64,000 nucleotides of DNA from Candidatus Melainabacteria bacterium 17Bon1m. GTDB lineage: Bacteria > Cyanobacteriota > Vampirovibrionia > Obscuribacterales > Obscuribacteraceae. This document shows, piece after piece, positions 18,168 to 28,105 of this stretch. Numbering within the stretch: position 1 is the stretch's first letter; each line of letters opens with the position of its first letter. The notes beneath the pieces were generated by a model. That model was not told where the DNA came from. It was given only the letters and a program-made list of their open reading frames with translations, and did not search any database. Where the stretch lies: NCBI GenBank assembly GCA_032128875.1, contig JAVLKG010000001.1, forward strand, positions 800,001-864,000, read 5' to 3'. The translations under genes and the position numbers were made by a program.

Positions 18168-19451
18168 ATGCAGAACGTCGTTAATAATAAGCCTCAGCAA
18201 GAAACGCCCATTGTGCGAGCCCGCTACGAATTTCTTAAAAATGAAATCGCGCGCTGGCAAGAAGAGAACATCCTAAATCGCGCGCAGGGCGACGAGATCA
18301 TGGCTCGCTATTCAATAGATGGTGGGCTTCAGCACGGCTTGACGGTACTGCTTATTACAGGCGCCTGCGTGGTTGGCTGTGCAATCTTGCTATTCATATC
18401 GTCGAACTGGCAGGGTGTTAATTACCAGGCAAAAGGCGCTGCCGTAATGCTGGCTATGATTACGTGCTACATCGCCGGTTGGAAGTTAAAAGGCAAATCG
18501 CAGCTTAAAAACCTATTGGCTGAAACGTTGATTTTTCTCGGTTGCATGCTTTTCGGTGGCGGCGCAAACCTTGTGGCACAACACTTTCAAGTCACCGGGC
18601 GGCAGCCTGAACTTCTGCTCTGGGCGATGGGAATTGCACCGCTGGTAATCATCTTCCGGTCTCAACCGGCGGCAATTTTGATGGCTATTATCGTCTCATA
18701 TAGAGCTGTTTCTTTCACGACCAGTCCGTTTGATTGGTTTACGCTACTCGCGGCGGCCAGCTCATTTTTCTGCACTTATTATGTGCGCAGCCCGTGGGCC
18801 TTATTCTTCAATTTGGGTTCGCTCGCCGCAATTGTTTCTGTCGCAAGACCAAGAATCGATGAGTATGCACTGCTCTTCTACGGCATCTCTTGCTTCACCA
18901 TGCACCTATGGCATCAGCACAGCAAACGCTGGCAGATGATGTCGCTGACTTATCTTCTGGTTTCATTTGTTCTTGTTCTTTTGTCCGGAATCGGCATTAT
19001 GAACGAATATTCGTCCAGTTCCGTAACTACGATTCAACGAATTCAAATTTATGCAATCGCTTCTCTAGCGTTGCTTGCTTGCCTGGTGAAATCTCCCGCT
19101 GGTAAAACTCGCTGGGCGTTTCTTACGGGGCTGAGCGTAATTGGCGCGGTAATTCTTTCATGCAACAGTTTGAATGGAAATGCCAGGACGGAAGCGCTTT
19201 TCGCCTTCTTTTCGGCAAATCTCTTTTATCTTTTTTACTTCACATCATCGATCGAGAACCGCATCATCCAGTTTATTCCGGTTGCGACCCTTACTATGTT
19301 CGCCTTTACTTGCTTTGCAGCAGCACCCGGGGGAGCCATGACTGGCTCGTTAATTGCGTTTGGAGTGGGCCTCGTCTTGATGATTTGCTCGTTAGCAGCA
19401 CTCGGACGTTCATTCAGTACGAGGGCTAAATCCGAGCGGAATCTCAACTAG
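18168..19451 (+). CDS. DUF2157-family membrane protein
   Basis: RWQEENIL...I.ARY, ILLFISSNW, LVAQHFQ...LLWA motifs; many TMs; adjacent GDYXXLXY gene. Confidence 0.8.
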   Translation: MQNVVNNKPQQETPIVRARYEFLKNEIARWQEENILNRAQGDEIMARYSIDGGLQHGLTVLLITGACVVGCAILLFISSNWQGVNYQAKGAAVMLAMITCYIAGWKLKGKSQLKNLLAETLIFLGCMLFGGGANLVAQHFQVTGRQPELLLWAMGIAPLVIIFRSQPAAILMAIIVSYRAVSFTTSPFDWFTLLAAASSFFCTYYVRSPWALFFNLGSLAAIVSVARPRIDEYALLFYGISCFTMHLWHQHSKRWQMMSLTYLLVSFVLVLLSGIGIMNEYSSSSVTTIQRIQIYAIASLALLACLVKSPAGKTRWAFLTGLSVIGAVILSCNSLNGNARTEALFAFFSANLFYLFYFTSSIENRIIQFIPVATLTMFAFTCFAAAPGGAMTGSLIAFGVGLVLMICSLAALGRSFSTRAKSERNLN

Positions 19452-19473
19452 AAAACACACGAGGAAAGTAAAA

Positions 19474-20088
19474 ATGACATTGACGAAACCTAAGGAAACC
19501 AATCATTCGAGCGCAATTCCGCGCAATGAAGCAATTGCCGTACCGGAAACATCTCCGCCATTGTCGCGCAATAGCATGGGTGTAAAACTATTCGCACTCG
19601 TGATTGCGGCGCAAGTCGGCACACTTTTCGCCTTCGGGGTGCCATACGCGCAAACGCTTGCATTTGGAAAGAATGTCCTTCTTAAGTGCCACACGTATGA
19701 CCCGCGCGACCCGTTTAAAGGAGACTATGTTTCCGTCACCTACGATCTCGGACAAAAAGTGAAATTCAAAGATTTCAAGCCAGGTGACACAGCCTTTCTC
19801 ACTTTGAAGAAAGGCGCTACATGCTGGGAGCCAATCGAAGCGAATAAGGAAAAACCCAAGAATCTGAAAAACGACGAAGCCGTGATGAAAGTAATATACG
19901 AAGCGGGGCAGGGAGCGGAAGCTTCGGTCACCACTGGAATCGAGAAATTCTACGTTCCTGAAGGTGCCGGTGCGTCAGTGAATTCGGAAGGCTTGACTGC
20001 TGAAGTCGCTCTTTCTGACGACGGTGAACCTGTCTTGAGGCGCATGCTGTCCGACGGCAAGGAGATAGGAAAGGAGGTCGGCAAGTAG
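19474..20088 (+). CDS. GDYXXLXY domain membrane-anchored protein
   Basis: YDPRDPFKGDYVSVTY and GIEKFYVPEG motifs. Confidence 0.88.
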   Translation: MTLTKPKETNHSSAIPRNEAIAVPETSPPLSRNSMGVKLFALVIAAQVGTLFAFGVPYAQTLAFGKNVLLKCHTYDPRDPFKGDYVSVTYDLGQKVKFKDFKPGDTAFLTLKKGATCWEPIEANKEKPKNLKNDEAVMKVIYEAGQGAEASVTTGIEKFYVPEGAGASVNSEGLTAEVALSDDGEPVLRRMLSDGKEIGKEVGK

Positions 20089-20169
20089 ATCTGGAAATAG
20101 ATATGGACTAGAGCTGGAACTGGATCTGGAACTAGGTCTGGAACTAGATTTGGAAACAGTTCTGCAATT
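20086..20169. repeat. 12-bp degenerate tandem repeat (approx. TAGATCTGGAAC x ~7)
   Basis: Begins at the stop codon: agatctggaaat/agatatggact/agagctggaact/ggatctggaact/aggtctggaact/agatttggaaac. Confidence 0.85.
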
Positions 20170-20359
20170 CGACACGTTTTGAATTTTAAATGAGACAGCA
20201 GGGAAAGCCGAGCGCTTTTCCTGCTTGCTTTAAAGGCTTCATAGAGCGCTGTTGTATATACCGGCGTCGCAGTGGATTGATCTGAGGTGTCTATCATGTG
20301 CTGCTCGCTTCTGATCCACTAATATTGATTGCACTAAAGTGCTTGAGGAGAAGCTGGTG

Positions 20360-21145
20360 ATGCAAAGACAAACCCTTTCTGTTGCGGTCCTCGCCTTACT
20401 TGTCGGTACTCTGCAACTGTCAGGAACCGCCTCGTACGCTCAGAAGTATGTGCAAGGAAGCATCGAGCACAAGGAAAAGGTTGGCCCCGTCAACAGCAAG
20501 TATCTGCCTGGTTCTGTCTGGAAGGAAGGGGAGAAGGACGGCTCCAGGAGTACCTGGATAAGAATACCTGAATGGCTTGCTGGCACATGGTTTGCGGATG
20601 TGGAAACAGCGACTTCCCGTCAGGATTTGGTGACACATAAGGAGTCCGGGCACACTCCCTTCAATTTCAAAGCGAAGAGTCGATTTGCATACGGCACACA
20701 AATGGATGGTCGCGGCGGCATTTGGCACTTCCTTAAACTGCCCTACACCTCATCGACTGACTTTCCTGAATTTGTCGAGTATCACCAGGTTTTGACGAAG
20801 GACTTCACCAACCAGAGCGAACAAGCTGTTTCATTTCGCAGCATGGTTGCGGCTGCTCGCGTACAGCGTCAATCCAAAGAGATTGTTGAAGCATTCCAGC
20901 AAGAGAGCGTGACTAATTACGAGCCGATAGAAGAAGGCGTCATTAAGATGATCGCTTCGACTCGTCGCTATGATGAAACCGGAAAACCGCTTATGCAGGC
21001 TGACAACGAAGCGCGCATACATCGCGTCGAAAAGTTTACTCCAATTGCAAAAGAAGGCAATTTGGATATGAAGCAGTCACTCTATGATTTCTTGCGCAAT
21101 CGCAAAATGGAATACTTGATTCCGCACGACGCGAAGATCAACTAG
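20360..21145 (+). CDS. Hypothetical secreted protein
   Basis: GAGGAG RBS; signal peptide ending SYA-Q; IPEWLAGTW motif. Confidence 0.75.
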   Translation: MQRQTLSVAVLALLVGTLQLSGTASYAQKYVQGSIEHKEKVGPVNSKYLPGSVWKEGEKDGSRSTWIRIPEWLAGTWFADVETATSRQDLVTHKESGHTPFNFKAKSRFAYGTQMDGRGGIWHFLKLPYTSSTDFPEFVEYHQVLTKDFTNQSEQAVSFRSMVAAARVQRQSKEIVEAFQQESVTNYEPIEEGVIKMIASTRRYDETGKPLMQADNEARIHRVEKFTPIAKEGNLDMKQSLYDFLRNRKMEYLIPHDAKIN

Positions 21146-21741
21146 TCCTTAAGAGCTTTCTCGTCGGTTATAACACGGGCGAAAAGATCTGAGAGGGCAG
21201 CCATCGTGGCATCATGGACGGTGCCTGCTGGAATGACGTCGCTGTTTTGCAAAGTTGGTAAATCTCTCGTCGCGCATGCGTTTGCAATCACAGTTGTGTG
21301 ATATCCGTAGTTGAGCGCAGAGCGCACTGTTGCACTGATGCACGCATGTGTCATAAAACCTACGACGACTAAATCTTTCTTGCCGGAAGCTTTTATTCGT
21401 TCGTCCAGATCTGTTCCTGCAAAAGAATCTGGCAAATTCTTTTTGATTATTGGCTCTGTTCCAATCGGTTTGACCTCATCGATTATGTCCACGAATTTGT
21501 CGTCAGGATTGAAGAGTGGTGCACCTTTTGGCGAAAAGTGCTGCACATGAATAATGTTGGTGCCGAGACTGCGAGCACGATAGAGAATATGCGAAATTTG
21601 GTCTAGAGCCTTCTCGATTCCAGTCAACGGCAGATTACCGTCAAGATATTCTCTTTGCGCGTCTACGACGACCAGAGAGCTGTCTGCGAGGCTCTGATTC
21701 TCATTGTTCAAGTTGAGCAGCTTTCTGAATGTTGTCGCCAT
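21142..21741 (-). CDS. Isochorismatase-family cysteine hydrolase
   Basis: VVVDAQREY, KNLPDSF, GFMTHACISATVR. Confidence 0.92.
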   Translation of the reverse strand: MATTFRKLLNLNNENQSLADSSLVVVDAQREYLDGNLPLTGIEKALDQISHILYRARSLGTNIIHVQHFSPKGAPLFNPDDKFVDIIDEVKPIGTEPIIKKNLPDSFAGTDLDERIKASGKKDLVVVGFMTHACISATVRSALNYGYHTTVIANACATRDLPTLQNSDVIPAGTVHDATMAALSDLFARVITDEKALKD

Positions 21742-21764
21742 GTAGAGGATCTCCTGTTTCGCAG

Positions 21765-21799
21765 AAAAACAAAAAGTGCAACCATATATGGTGCACTTT
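21765..21799 (-). terminator. Rho-independent terminator-like hairpin (or operator) downstream of PP2C
   Basis: Minus strand AAAGTGCACCATATATGGTTGCACTTT followed by TTGTTTTT. Confidence 0.55.
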
Positions 21800-21870
21800 C
21801 ACACTTTTGTATCCAATAATTCTACAAGAATATAAGTGGTTCTGAAATTCGAGTTCAAAAAAGAAATTGA

Positions 21871-22716
21871 CTATGACGTTCTGTCGCCCGTTTTTTCCTT
21901 TTCTTTCTCTTTTTTCTTCTTCGGTTTTTCGCCTTTTTCGCTCTTGTCGTCTTTTTCGTCACTATCCACTTTGGCGCAGTATTTCACGGCGAGGATAGTC
22001 ACATTGTCGGGCGCTCCACCATCCAGGGTCGACTTCAGGAGTGCTTCGCAAATCTCCTCCGGGGTGTTCGAACCTTTCATCTCTTCGAAAATCTGCTCTT
22101 CGTCAAGCACCGCTGAAAGCCCGTCACTAGAAAGGATAATCAAGTCGTCAGGGTGAAGCTCAACCGGTGTACGGTCGATTTCGACCTTGCCAGAATGTCC
22201 GACGCAACGGGTCAAATAGTGTCTGAAAGGACTGTTCTTGAACTGCTCTGGAGTGAGCTGCCCTTTGAGTACCATCTCCATAACAACCGAATGGTCCTGG
22301 GTGAGGACGATGGTTTTGCCGTCGCGGATTAGATAAGCGCGGGAATCGCCCACGTGTGCAATTTGCAGCGTGTTGGCTTCGGTCTGAACGCCGGCAACGA
22401 TTGTCGTGCCCATGTTTTGGACTGATTCGTCTTGCGAGGCTGCGGTGAAAACACTCTGATTGGCGCTGGCAACGGCATCTACGAGCCATTGCTGCACGGC
22501 TTCGTGATCGGTGAAATCGGGCGGATTCTCCTTCCACTGTGCTTCTACAGCATCGACCGCCAGTTTGCTGGCTCGAGCTCCGCCCTTAAGTCCGCCCATT
22601 CCGTCGGCTACGACAAAAACCCTCTGATCAGGGCTTATGAAGTAATTGTCTTGGTTTTCCGAGCGATGTAGCCCGCGGTCGGTCACTGCCGCTACGCTCC
22701 ATGCCAACTTTGTCAT
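21871..22716 (-). CDS. PP2C-family Ser/Thr phosphatase (Stp1/PrpC-like)
   Basis: R..NQD, VADGMGG, MGTT, AHVGDSRAY, SSDGL, GGAPDNVT. Confidence 0.95.
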   Translation of the reverse strand: MTKLAWSVAAVTDRGLHRSENQDNYFISPDQRVFVVADGMGGLKGGARASKLAVDAVEAQWKENPPDFTDHEAVQQWLVDAVASANQSVFTAASQDESVQNMGTTIVAGVQTEANTLQIAHVGDSRAYLIRDGKTIVLTQDHSVVMEMVLKGQLTPEQFKNSPFRHYLTRCVGHSGKVEIDRTPVELHPDDLIILSSDGLSAVLDEEQIFEEMKGSNTPEEICEALLKSTLDGGAPDNVTILAVKYCAKVDSDEKDDKSEKGEKPKKKKEKEKEKTGDRTS

Positions 22717-22816
22717 CAACCAACTCCCGGCGAGTTCTAGATGGACGTCCGCCCAAAACGCCTTTTTACGTTTATTCCCAGAAATAATACAAAAACACTG
22801 AACTTCCTACGCCTTT

Positions 22817-24055
22817 TCATCGGCTTTCAGTAGCTGATAAAAATAGCGCTCTGCGACTAATTTCACCTTTGAAAAACCTAGGAAATGTCTCGATGTAAAT
22901 CTTGGAATTGTTGTATCTACCTGACTCCATAAGTTTTCTCCCCAAGACTTCCAGGCTGCTTACCTCGGGGAAAGTTGGGATCCCCAACTCCTCCAACGCC
23001 CATCGCTCCGCAATTAGGGTAGGCTCATTCACATTCGATATATCGACGGCCTGCCGAATTGCTGATGGAAGCTTGGCTTCATCCGCGGGGTCGACAATCA
23101 CCCGCAGAACCGGCACATTTCCGGAGTACAGTGCTGCCGAAAGGTAATTTGGCCAATATCCAAAGAAATTTAGTATCGGCAAGAAGAGGAAAAGGGTAAT
23201 AGCCAGCGCTTTTTGCAGAGAGTCTGGTTTGAAAAGACCGATAAGACTTGCTTGCTTCGAACGGATGAAAAGCAGGTAGACGAGCAACATCATCGAGACA
23301 TTCCAGGGCCAAACGACTGCATTCCAACCCTGTTGCGTAATCGACCACAGGGTGATTGCATGAAAGAAAATTGCCAGATATGCGCCAGTTGTGCGCGTGG
23401 GACCAAATGCTAGCAGCAATGCCAGTGCAGCTTCGAGGATTGCAACAGGAATGCCAATGCAAAAGCACACTTCAGAAGGCAGCGCAGTTATGAACTTGGG
23501 CATCATCGATGGCACGACAACCTGGCTGAAAGTAACATTCAACTTTTGCAGTCCAGCGAATAAGTAAGTGCCGAGAATGCATACCCTGAGCGCGTTTAGC
23601 ACACTTTGGCATTTTCTATCGGTCAAATGTATTGGCGAAGCAACAATGACGAGCATTATCGAGAAGAGGTAAAACCAGGGCTGCAACCTGGTTTGGTCGA
23701 GGGCGATCGATGCGGATGCGCATAGCACATAGGCACTTGCAAGCAGTTTTTTGTGTTTTGAGAAATTGAACCCCAATAGTGCAATTAGCATCATTCCGTA
23801 TATAAGCGGCTCGAGTGGCTCTGCAACGGACAGGCTATCTAGTATGGGTAGGTGTGGATATGTTCTGTTCTGGAGAACCCAACCTCTTTGCGCAACTAAT
23901 AAAGAGGAGATTAGTGATGCGCTAAGCAAGCCCGAACACAGCGCCAGAATGTCGAAATTCGCGTCATCGTTATTGTCCGCACCTGTGGCGCTTTCCGTAT
24001 CGATAGCGTTGATTGCGTTGTTGAAATCTGAATTCTGCTCGAAGGGTTCTTGCAA
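22817..24055 (-). CDS. Polytopic membrane protein (HTTM/DoxX-like)
   Basis: DQTRLQPWFY, YLFAGLQKLN, NAVVWPWN, YLSAALYSGN; multiple TMs. Confidence 0.7.
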   Translation of the reverse strand: MQEPFEQNSDFNNAINAIDTESATGADNNDDANFDILALCSGLLSASLISSLLVAQRGWVLQNRTYPHLPILDSLSVAEPLEPLIYGMMLIALLGFNFSKHKKLLASAYVLCASASIALDQTRLQPWFYLFSIMLVIVASPIHLTDRKCQSVLNALRVCILGTYLFAGLQKLNVTFSQVVVPSMMPKFITALPSEVCFCIGIPVAILEAALALLLAFGPTRTTGAYLAIFFHAITLWSITQQGWNAVVWPWNVSMMLLVYLLFIRSKQASLIGLFKPDSLQKALAITLFLFLPILNFFGYWPNYLSAALYSGNVPVLRVIVDPADEAKLPSAIRQAVDISNVNEPTLIAERWALEELGIPTFPEVSSLEVLGRKLMESGRYNNSKIYIETFPRFFKGEISRRALFLSATESR

Positions 24056-24279
24056 CCAAGCACCATCAAATTGTTGTAAGTATCACAACGGACATAGTGG
24101 CAGTCATCTCAGCATGAGGAAAGTTTAGCCGAGCAAATTTCGTGACTGTGTCTGGATCATTAGTCTTCACTCGGGAACATAGTTGGATTTTGAACGACAA
24201 TCAGTAAAGTTGGGCAACGACCGATTGATCCCAGCTTATATAATGACCGCTAAAATGATTGAATACAAATCGAAAGCAA

Positions 24280-25653
24280 ATGAGCAAAGCGCCTGCGTTT
24301 GAGAGAGAGAAGAGTGTGGATTCCGGAAGCGGCGCTCCCATTGGTGTAAAACACGGTCGGGCAACCAAAGGCGAAATCGCCGCTTGGGCAGCCTATGACA
24401 TTGCCAATGCGACCTACGGCACTGTGGTCGCAACTGCCGTTTACAACGCCTACTTCGTAGATGTCATTTGTGGACAGGCTCCTGGCGGAAAAGAGCTGGG
24501 GACCTTCTTGTTGTCCGTCATCATTATTCCTGTTTCGGCCCTGGCAATAGTTTTAACAGCACCTGTGCTCGGGACCATCGTCGATGCGATGGCTGCAAAG
24601 AAACGCATGCTCTTCGTGACGACTACTCTCTGCATTCTTTGCACTGCGACTTTGAGCATGATTCCGCCGGGCGAGCCATGGGCAGCAGTGATTGCTCTGA
24701 CTCTGGCCAATTTCTTTTTTGGAACCGGTGAAGACTTAATCGCTTCATTCTTGCCTGAGTTGTCGACTCAGGAAAACATGGGACGAATTTCCTCGATCGG
24801 CTGGGGCGCTGGTTATGTCGGCAGTCTCATCGCTCTTGGTTTGTGCTTTGCTTACTTCTCGTGGGCGAAGGCGCAGGGCATGCAGCAAACAGAATACGTC
24901 CCCTTCGCAATGCTTATTTGTGCAATTCTATTTTTCGTCTTCTCCCTGCCGACTTTCATTTTCCTAAAGGAAAGAGCGACACCGGAAGTTGATGGTATCG
25001 GGAAAAACTATTTCAAGGTTGGTTTTGAGCGTTTGCGTCACACGTTCAACCATGCAAAACACTACAGAGATCTCTTCAACTTCCTGCTCACGCTCTGCGT
25101 TTATAGCTGTGGCAGCACTGCGGTTATCCATTTGGCGTCCGTCTATGCTCAGCAAGTTTTGCACTTCACTGCGTCTGATTCTGTAATCATGATTTTGGTT
25201 GTTAGTATCACAGCGGCTATTGGCGCTGGTTTGTTCGGCATGGTGCAGGATCGTATCGGTGCAATCAAGACACTTGCAATTACATTGAGCATTTGGACTG
25301 TGGCGGTTTTCATTGCCTGTATGGCGACCGAGAAGGCACACCTCTGGATTGCCGCCAACTTTGTTGGCATCGCGATGGGTGCAACAGGCTCGGCTGGGCG
25401 CGCGCTAGTCGGACAATTTTCACCACGCGGACGCTCCGGCGAATTTCTTGGACTGTGGGGCATGGCGCACAAGCTGGCCACATGCATCGGCGCTGTCACA
25501 TTTGGTGCTGTGACGCATCTGAGCGGCAATAACTACCGAGTCGCGCTTCTTTCTTGTGGCGTGTTCTTCATCGCTGGATTGCTGTTGCTCTGGCGCGTTG
25601 ATGAAAAACGCGGTCGGCTGGCAGCTAAGACAGACGCGGATTTGCCTGTTTAG
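24280..25653 (+). CDS. MFS transporter, UMF1/ATG22-like
   Basis: AWAAYDIAN, GRISSIGWGAGYVG, GEFLGLW; about 12 TMs. Confidence 0.9.
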   Translation: MSKAPAFEREKSVDSGSGAPIGVKHGRATKGEIAAWAAYDIANATYGTVVATAVYNAYFVDVICGQAPGGKELGTFLLSVIIIPVSALAIVLTAPVLGTIVDAMAAKKRMLFVTTTLCILCTATLSMIPPGEPWAAVIALTLANFFFGTGEDLIASFLPELSTQENMGRISSIGWGAGYVGSLIALGLCFAYFSWAKAQGMQQTEYVPFAMLICAILFFVFSLPTFIFLKERATPEVDGIGKNYFKVGFERLRHTFNHAKHYRDLFNFLLTLCVYSCGSTAVIHLASVYAQQVLHFTASDSVIMILVVSITAAIGAGLFGMVQDRIGAIKTLAITLSIWTVAVFIACMATEKAHLWIAANFVGIAMGATGSAGRALVGQFSPRGRSGEFLGLWGMAHKLATCIGAVTFGAVTHLSGNNYRVALLSCGVFFIAGLLLLWRVDEKRGRLAAKTDADLPV

Positions 25654-25656
25654 AAA

Positions 25657-26973
25657 TTACTTCTCGTTGTATTTGTCGTAAAGTTTGGCGACCAAGTGTG
25701 AGCCAGCTACAACGCCGAATTTCGTCAGCATGCTCCTATTGGTGAATAGTATTGCCGGTGATATCAAATCAGCGCCCCAGACGACCGCAGACGGTCCATG
25801 CTTGGTGTTTACCAAATTGTCCGTGACTACGTTAGTCATCCATGCTCCAGCCATCACGCCAACGCTCTTGAAGAGATGGGTCGAATTGGCAGCCCTTAAG
25901 GCTTCGTTGTTGGCGAGAGTCTTTGACACTTCCCCTGTGAAAGCTGAGCCGGCAGAATCGAACTTGGCTGCCTCCGCTAGCAGCCCTTCTGCTTTGACGA
26001 TTGGCATGGACGCGACGCCGGTCGGCAGTCTTCCAAGTTGAGTACTGGCGACTGGAGGCCAGTGCGCAACCAGTTGCTCTCTCAGTGAGGTTAGCTTCAA
26101 GTACTTTTCTGCGTGCGCTTGGTCGACCAGCGAAAGTTGGTCCAAATCCCATGGATGCGGCATCATTATCTTGCCGGTGCCGCCGATTTTTGGAATAGAC
26201 GTTCCCTGGAATAGTTCGATCGGGTAGCGTTTGTACAAACCTTCCATCGCCACTTCAGCGTTCTGAATTGGCACTTCCAGCCCTTTGAGCAAACCATCTC
26301 GAGCCATTTGAAAGCTCTGTCTGGCGCCTGGGCTGACTAACTCTGTCGCTGCGATTTGTTTTTCTAATGCTGCAGTACGTGCTACGTGATCTTTATTGAT
26401 GAAGATTGCAGAAGCGCCTGCCCGCGCCAGGGCTTCGAAAAGAGCGTTGCCCTGGTCATGCGTTTTGCTTATGTATGGCTCGTCTAGGTTGGTTTTTTTT
26501 ACACCTGAACCTTCGATAAGTGAAGGCGTGATCGGAGACGGCGGATCGTATTTGTATCTCGGCAGGTTGCTTACCGGAGTCGGCACTCTTTCAGTAACGG
26601 TCGGATAACGCTGAGGAAAATCGCCCTGTTGTACGAAACGCGGCTGAGCAACTTGGCGTTGAACACCGCCTGGATTTGCTCCATCGCCTGGGTTTGCTAC
26701 ATCGCCAGCCGGTAGAGGCTGTCCTATTTGATCTCCCGAACCATTATGTAGTCTTGATCTCAATGCATCACGGAAGCTGCTGCCGGTTCCTTGCTGAAAT
26801 AGCGGTCCTGGACTTTGGGCTTGTGCGAGCGTAACGCCTTCTGCCGGGGGGTTGGCGCTGCGCACAAACTTTCCGTGGTCAAACAGAATTGACGCGCCGT
26901 CGAGGGCTGCATTGGAAGAATCAGTAGTGCTTTTCGCAAGCTCAGTTTGCCTGCTGTTTTCGAATTGGCCCAT
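25657..26973 (-). CDS. Hypothetical protein (disordered N-half, hydrophobic C-terminal helices)
   Basis: 438-aa ORF fitting between neighbours. Confidence 0.7.
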   Translation of the reverse strand: MGQFENSRQTELAKSTTDSSNAALDGASILFDHGKFVRSANPPAEGVTLAQAQSPGPLFQQGTGSSFRDALRSRLHNGSGDQIGQPLPAGDVANPGDGANPGGVQRQVAQPRFVQQGDFPQRYPTVTERVPTPVSNLPRYKYDPPSPITPSLIEGSGVKKTNLDEPYISKTHDQGNALFEALARAGASAIFINKDHVARTAALEKQIAATELVSPGARQSFQMARDGLLKGLEVPIQNAEVAMEGLYKRYPIELFQGTSIPKIGGTGKIMMPHPWDLDQLSLVDQAHAEKYLKLTSLREQLVAHWPPVASTQLGRLPTGVASMPIVKAEGLLAEAAKFDSAGSAFTGEVSKTLANNEALRAANSTHLFKSVGVMAGAWMTNVVTDNLVNTKHGPSAVVWGADLISPAILFTNRSMLTKFGVVAGSHLVAKLYDKYNEK

Positions 26974-27208
26974 TGATGAGAGATCCGGGTGGATAGTAAC
27001 TCCATCTTAGGAAAGGACCGTTCGGCCGAAAACCGTAAAACTACGGGGCGAGCAGGTGTTTTTTGCCGATTTTGATTAACTATGGTCGAATCTCGTGAAT
27101 TAATGTCGCGACCGGACAGATAAGGGACATTCTGATCCTTGCTTGTGGATTAATAGAATTCGTCGGAGCTATTAAGTACAGCTGTGATTTGCGCCAGTGG
27201 AGAATAAT

Positions 27209-27868
27209 ATGCGGTCTCGTAGATTTGCCTGTCATTTTGTATTGGGAGCACTGCCGGCATTCTCGGTGTTTTCCGTGCTTTCGATACTGTCGATGTCTGG
27301 TTCGCCTGCTCTGGCTGACCCGGAGGTAACCACTGCGCCGGTTCCGGGCGGAGGTCTGGCTAATCCGTCCGGCTCTGAGGTAAAAGTCCAGGTCGAGTCG
27401 ATGGTTTCGGAAGGACCTATGTACGAAGAGCGCGGCAATCTGCTCAAGCGAATCAACGCAGCAAAAGCGCAAGGAATTGGCATCGCAGGCTATATGGCCG
27501 CCTTTAAATACGTCGAGGAGATGGCAAAGACAAATGCTCCCGCTGAGAAATTGAAAGAGCGTATTGCCGCTGTAAACAAAGGTCTGGACGATCAGTCCAA
27601 GCGTGCAGTCGATTTGAAGAACAGACCGCCGGCAACTAGCTATGATGGCGGCAGTGGCGGGACGGTTGGCGGAGGTCACAGCGATGACAAGCCTAATGCA
27701 TCTGATATTGCCTCTCAACTGAAAGGACAGAATCCGGATAGCGTCATCGAAAAATTGAAAGCTAAGTACGGTGACAGAATACCGGAAGGCACAGATGTAG
27801 AGGCTTTGAAGAAGAAGTTCATGGGCGACGATCGCGCGAAGGATATTTTGAAACGATTGGGACAGTAA
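27209..27868 (+). CDS. Hypothetical exported helical protein
   Basis: GGAGA RBS before ATG 27209; signal peptide ending ALA-D. Confidence 0.7.
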   Translation: MRSRRFACHFVLGALPAFSVFSVLSILSMSGSPALADPEVTTAPVPGGGLANPSGSEVKVQVESMVSEGPMYEERGNLLKRINAAKAQGIGIAGYMAAFKYVEEMAKTNAPAEKLKERIAAVNKGLDDQSKRAVDLKNRPPATSYDGGSGGTVGGGHSDDKPNASDIASQLKGQNPDSVIEKLKAKYGDRIPEGTDVEALKKKFMGDDRAKDILKRLGQ

Positions 27869-28105
27869 CGCGTGATAGCGATAATGCACCGCATGTGGTG
27901 CATATCAATTTAACGTGCTAAGTTTCATGAAAGCAATTTCGGCCACTGTGATTAGACAGGCGGAAATTTCTTCGTAATTAGGCCTTTAAAAATCATCTCT
28001 GGTCTACAATTATTTTAGGGGTAGTAATCCGGACGTTGTCAGACGGCCGTATCGCTTTCTCCAATTCAGGTATCCCAAAAGACCAAAGGAATCTCAAGTA
28101 TCCCC

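Noticed and set aside
27080-27889. 269-aa minus-strand ORF and other long antisense ORFs (e.g. 46276-47127, 10580-11200)
   Set aside because: Shadow frames of better-supported genes on the opposite strand
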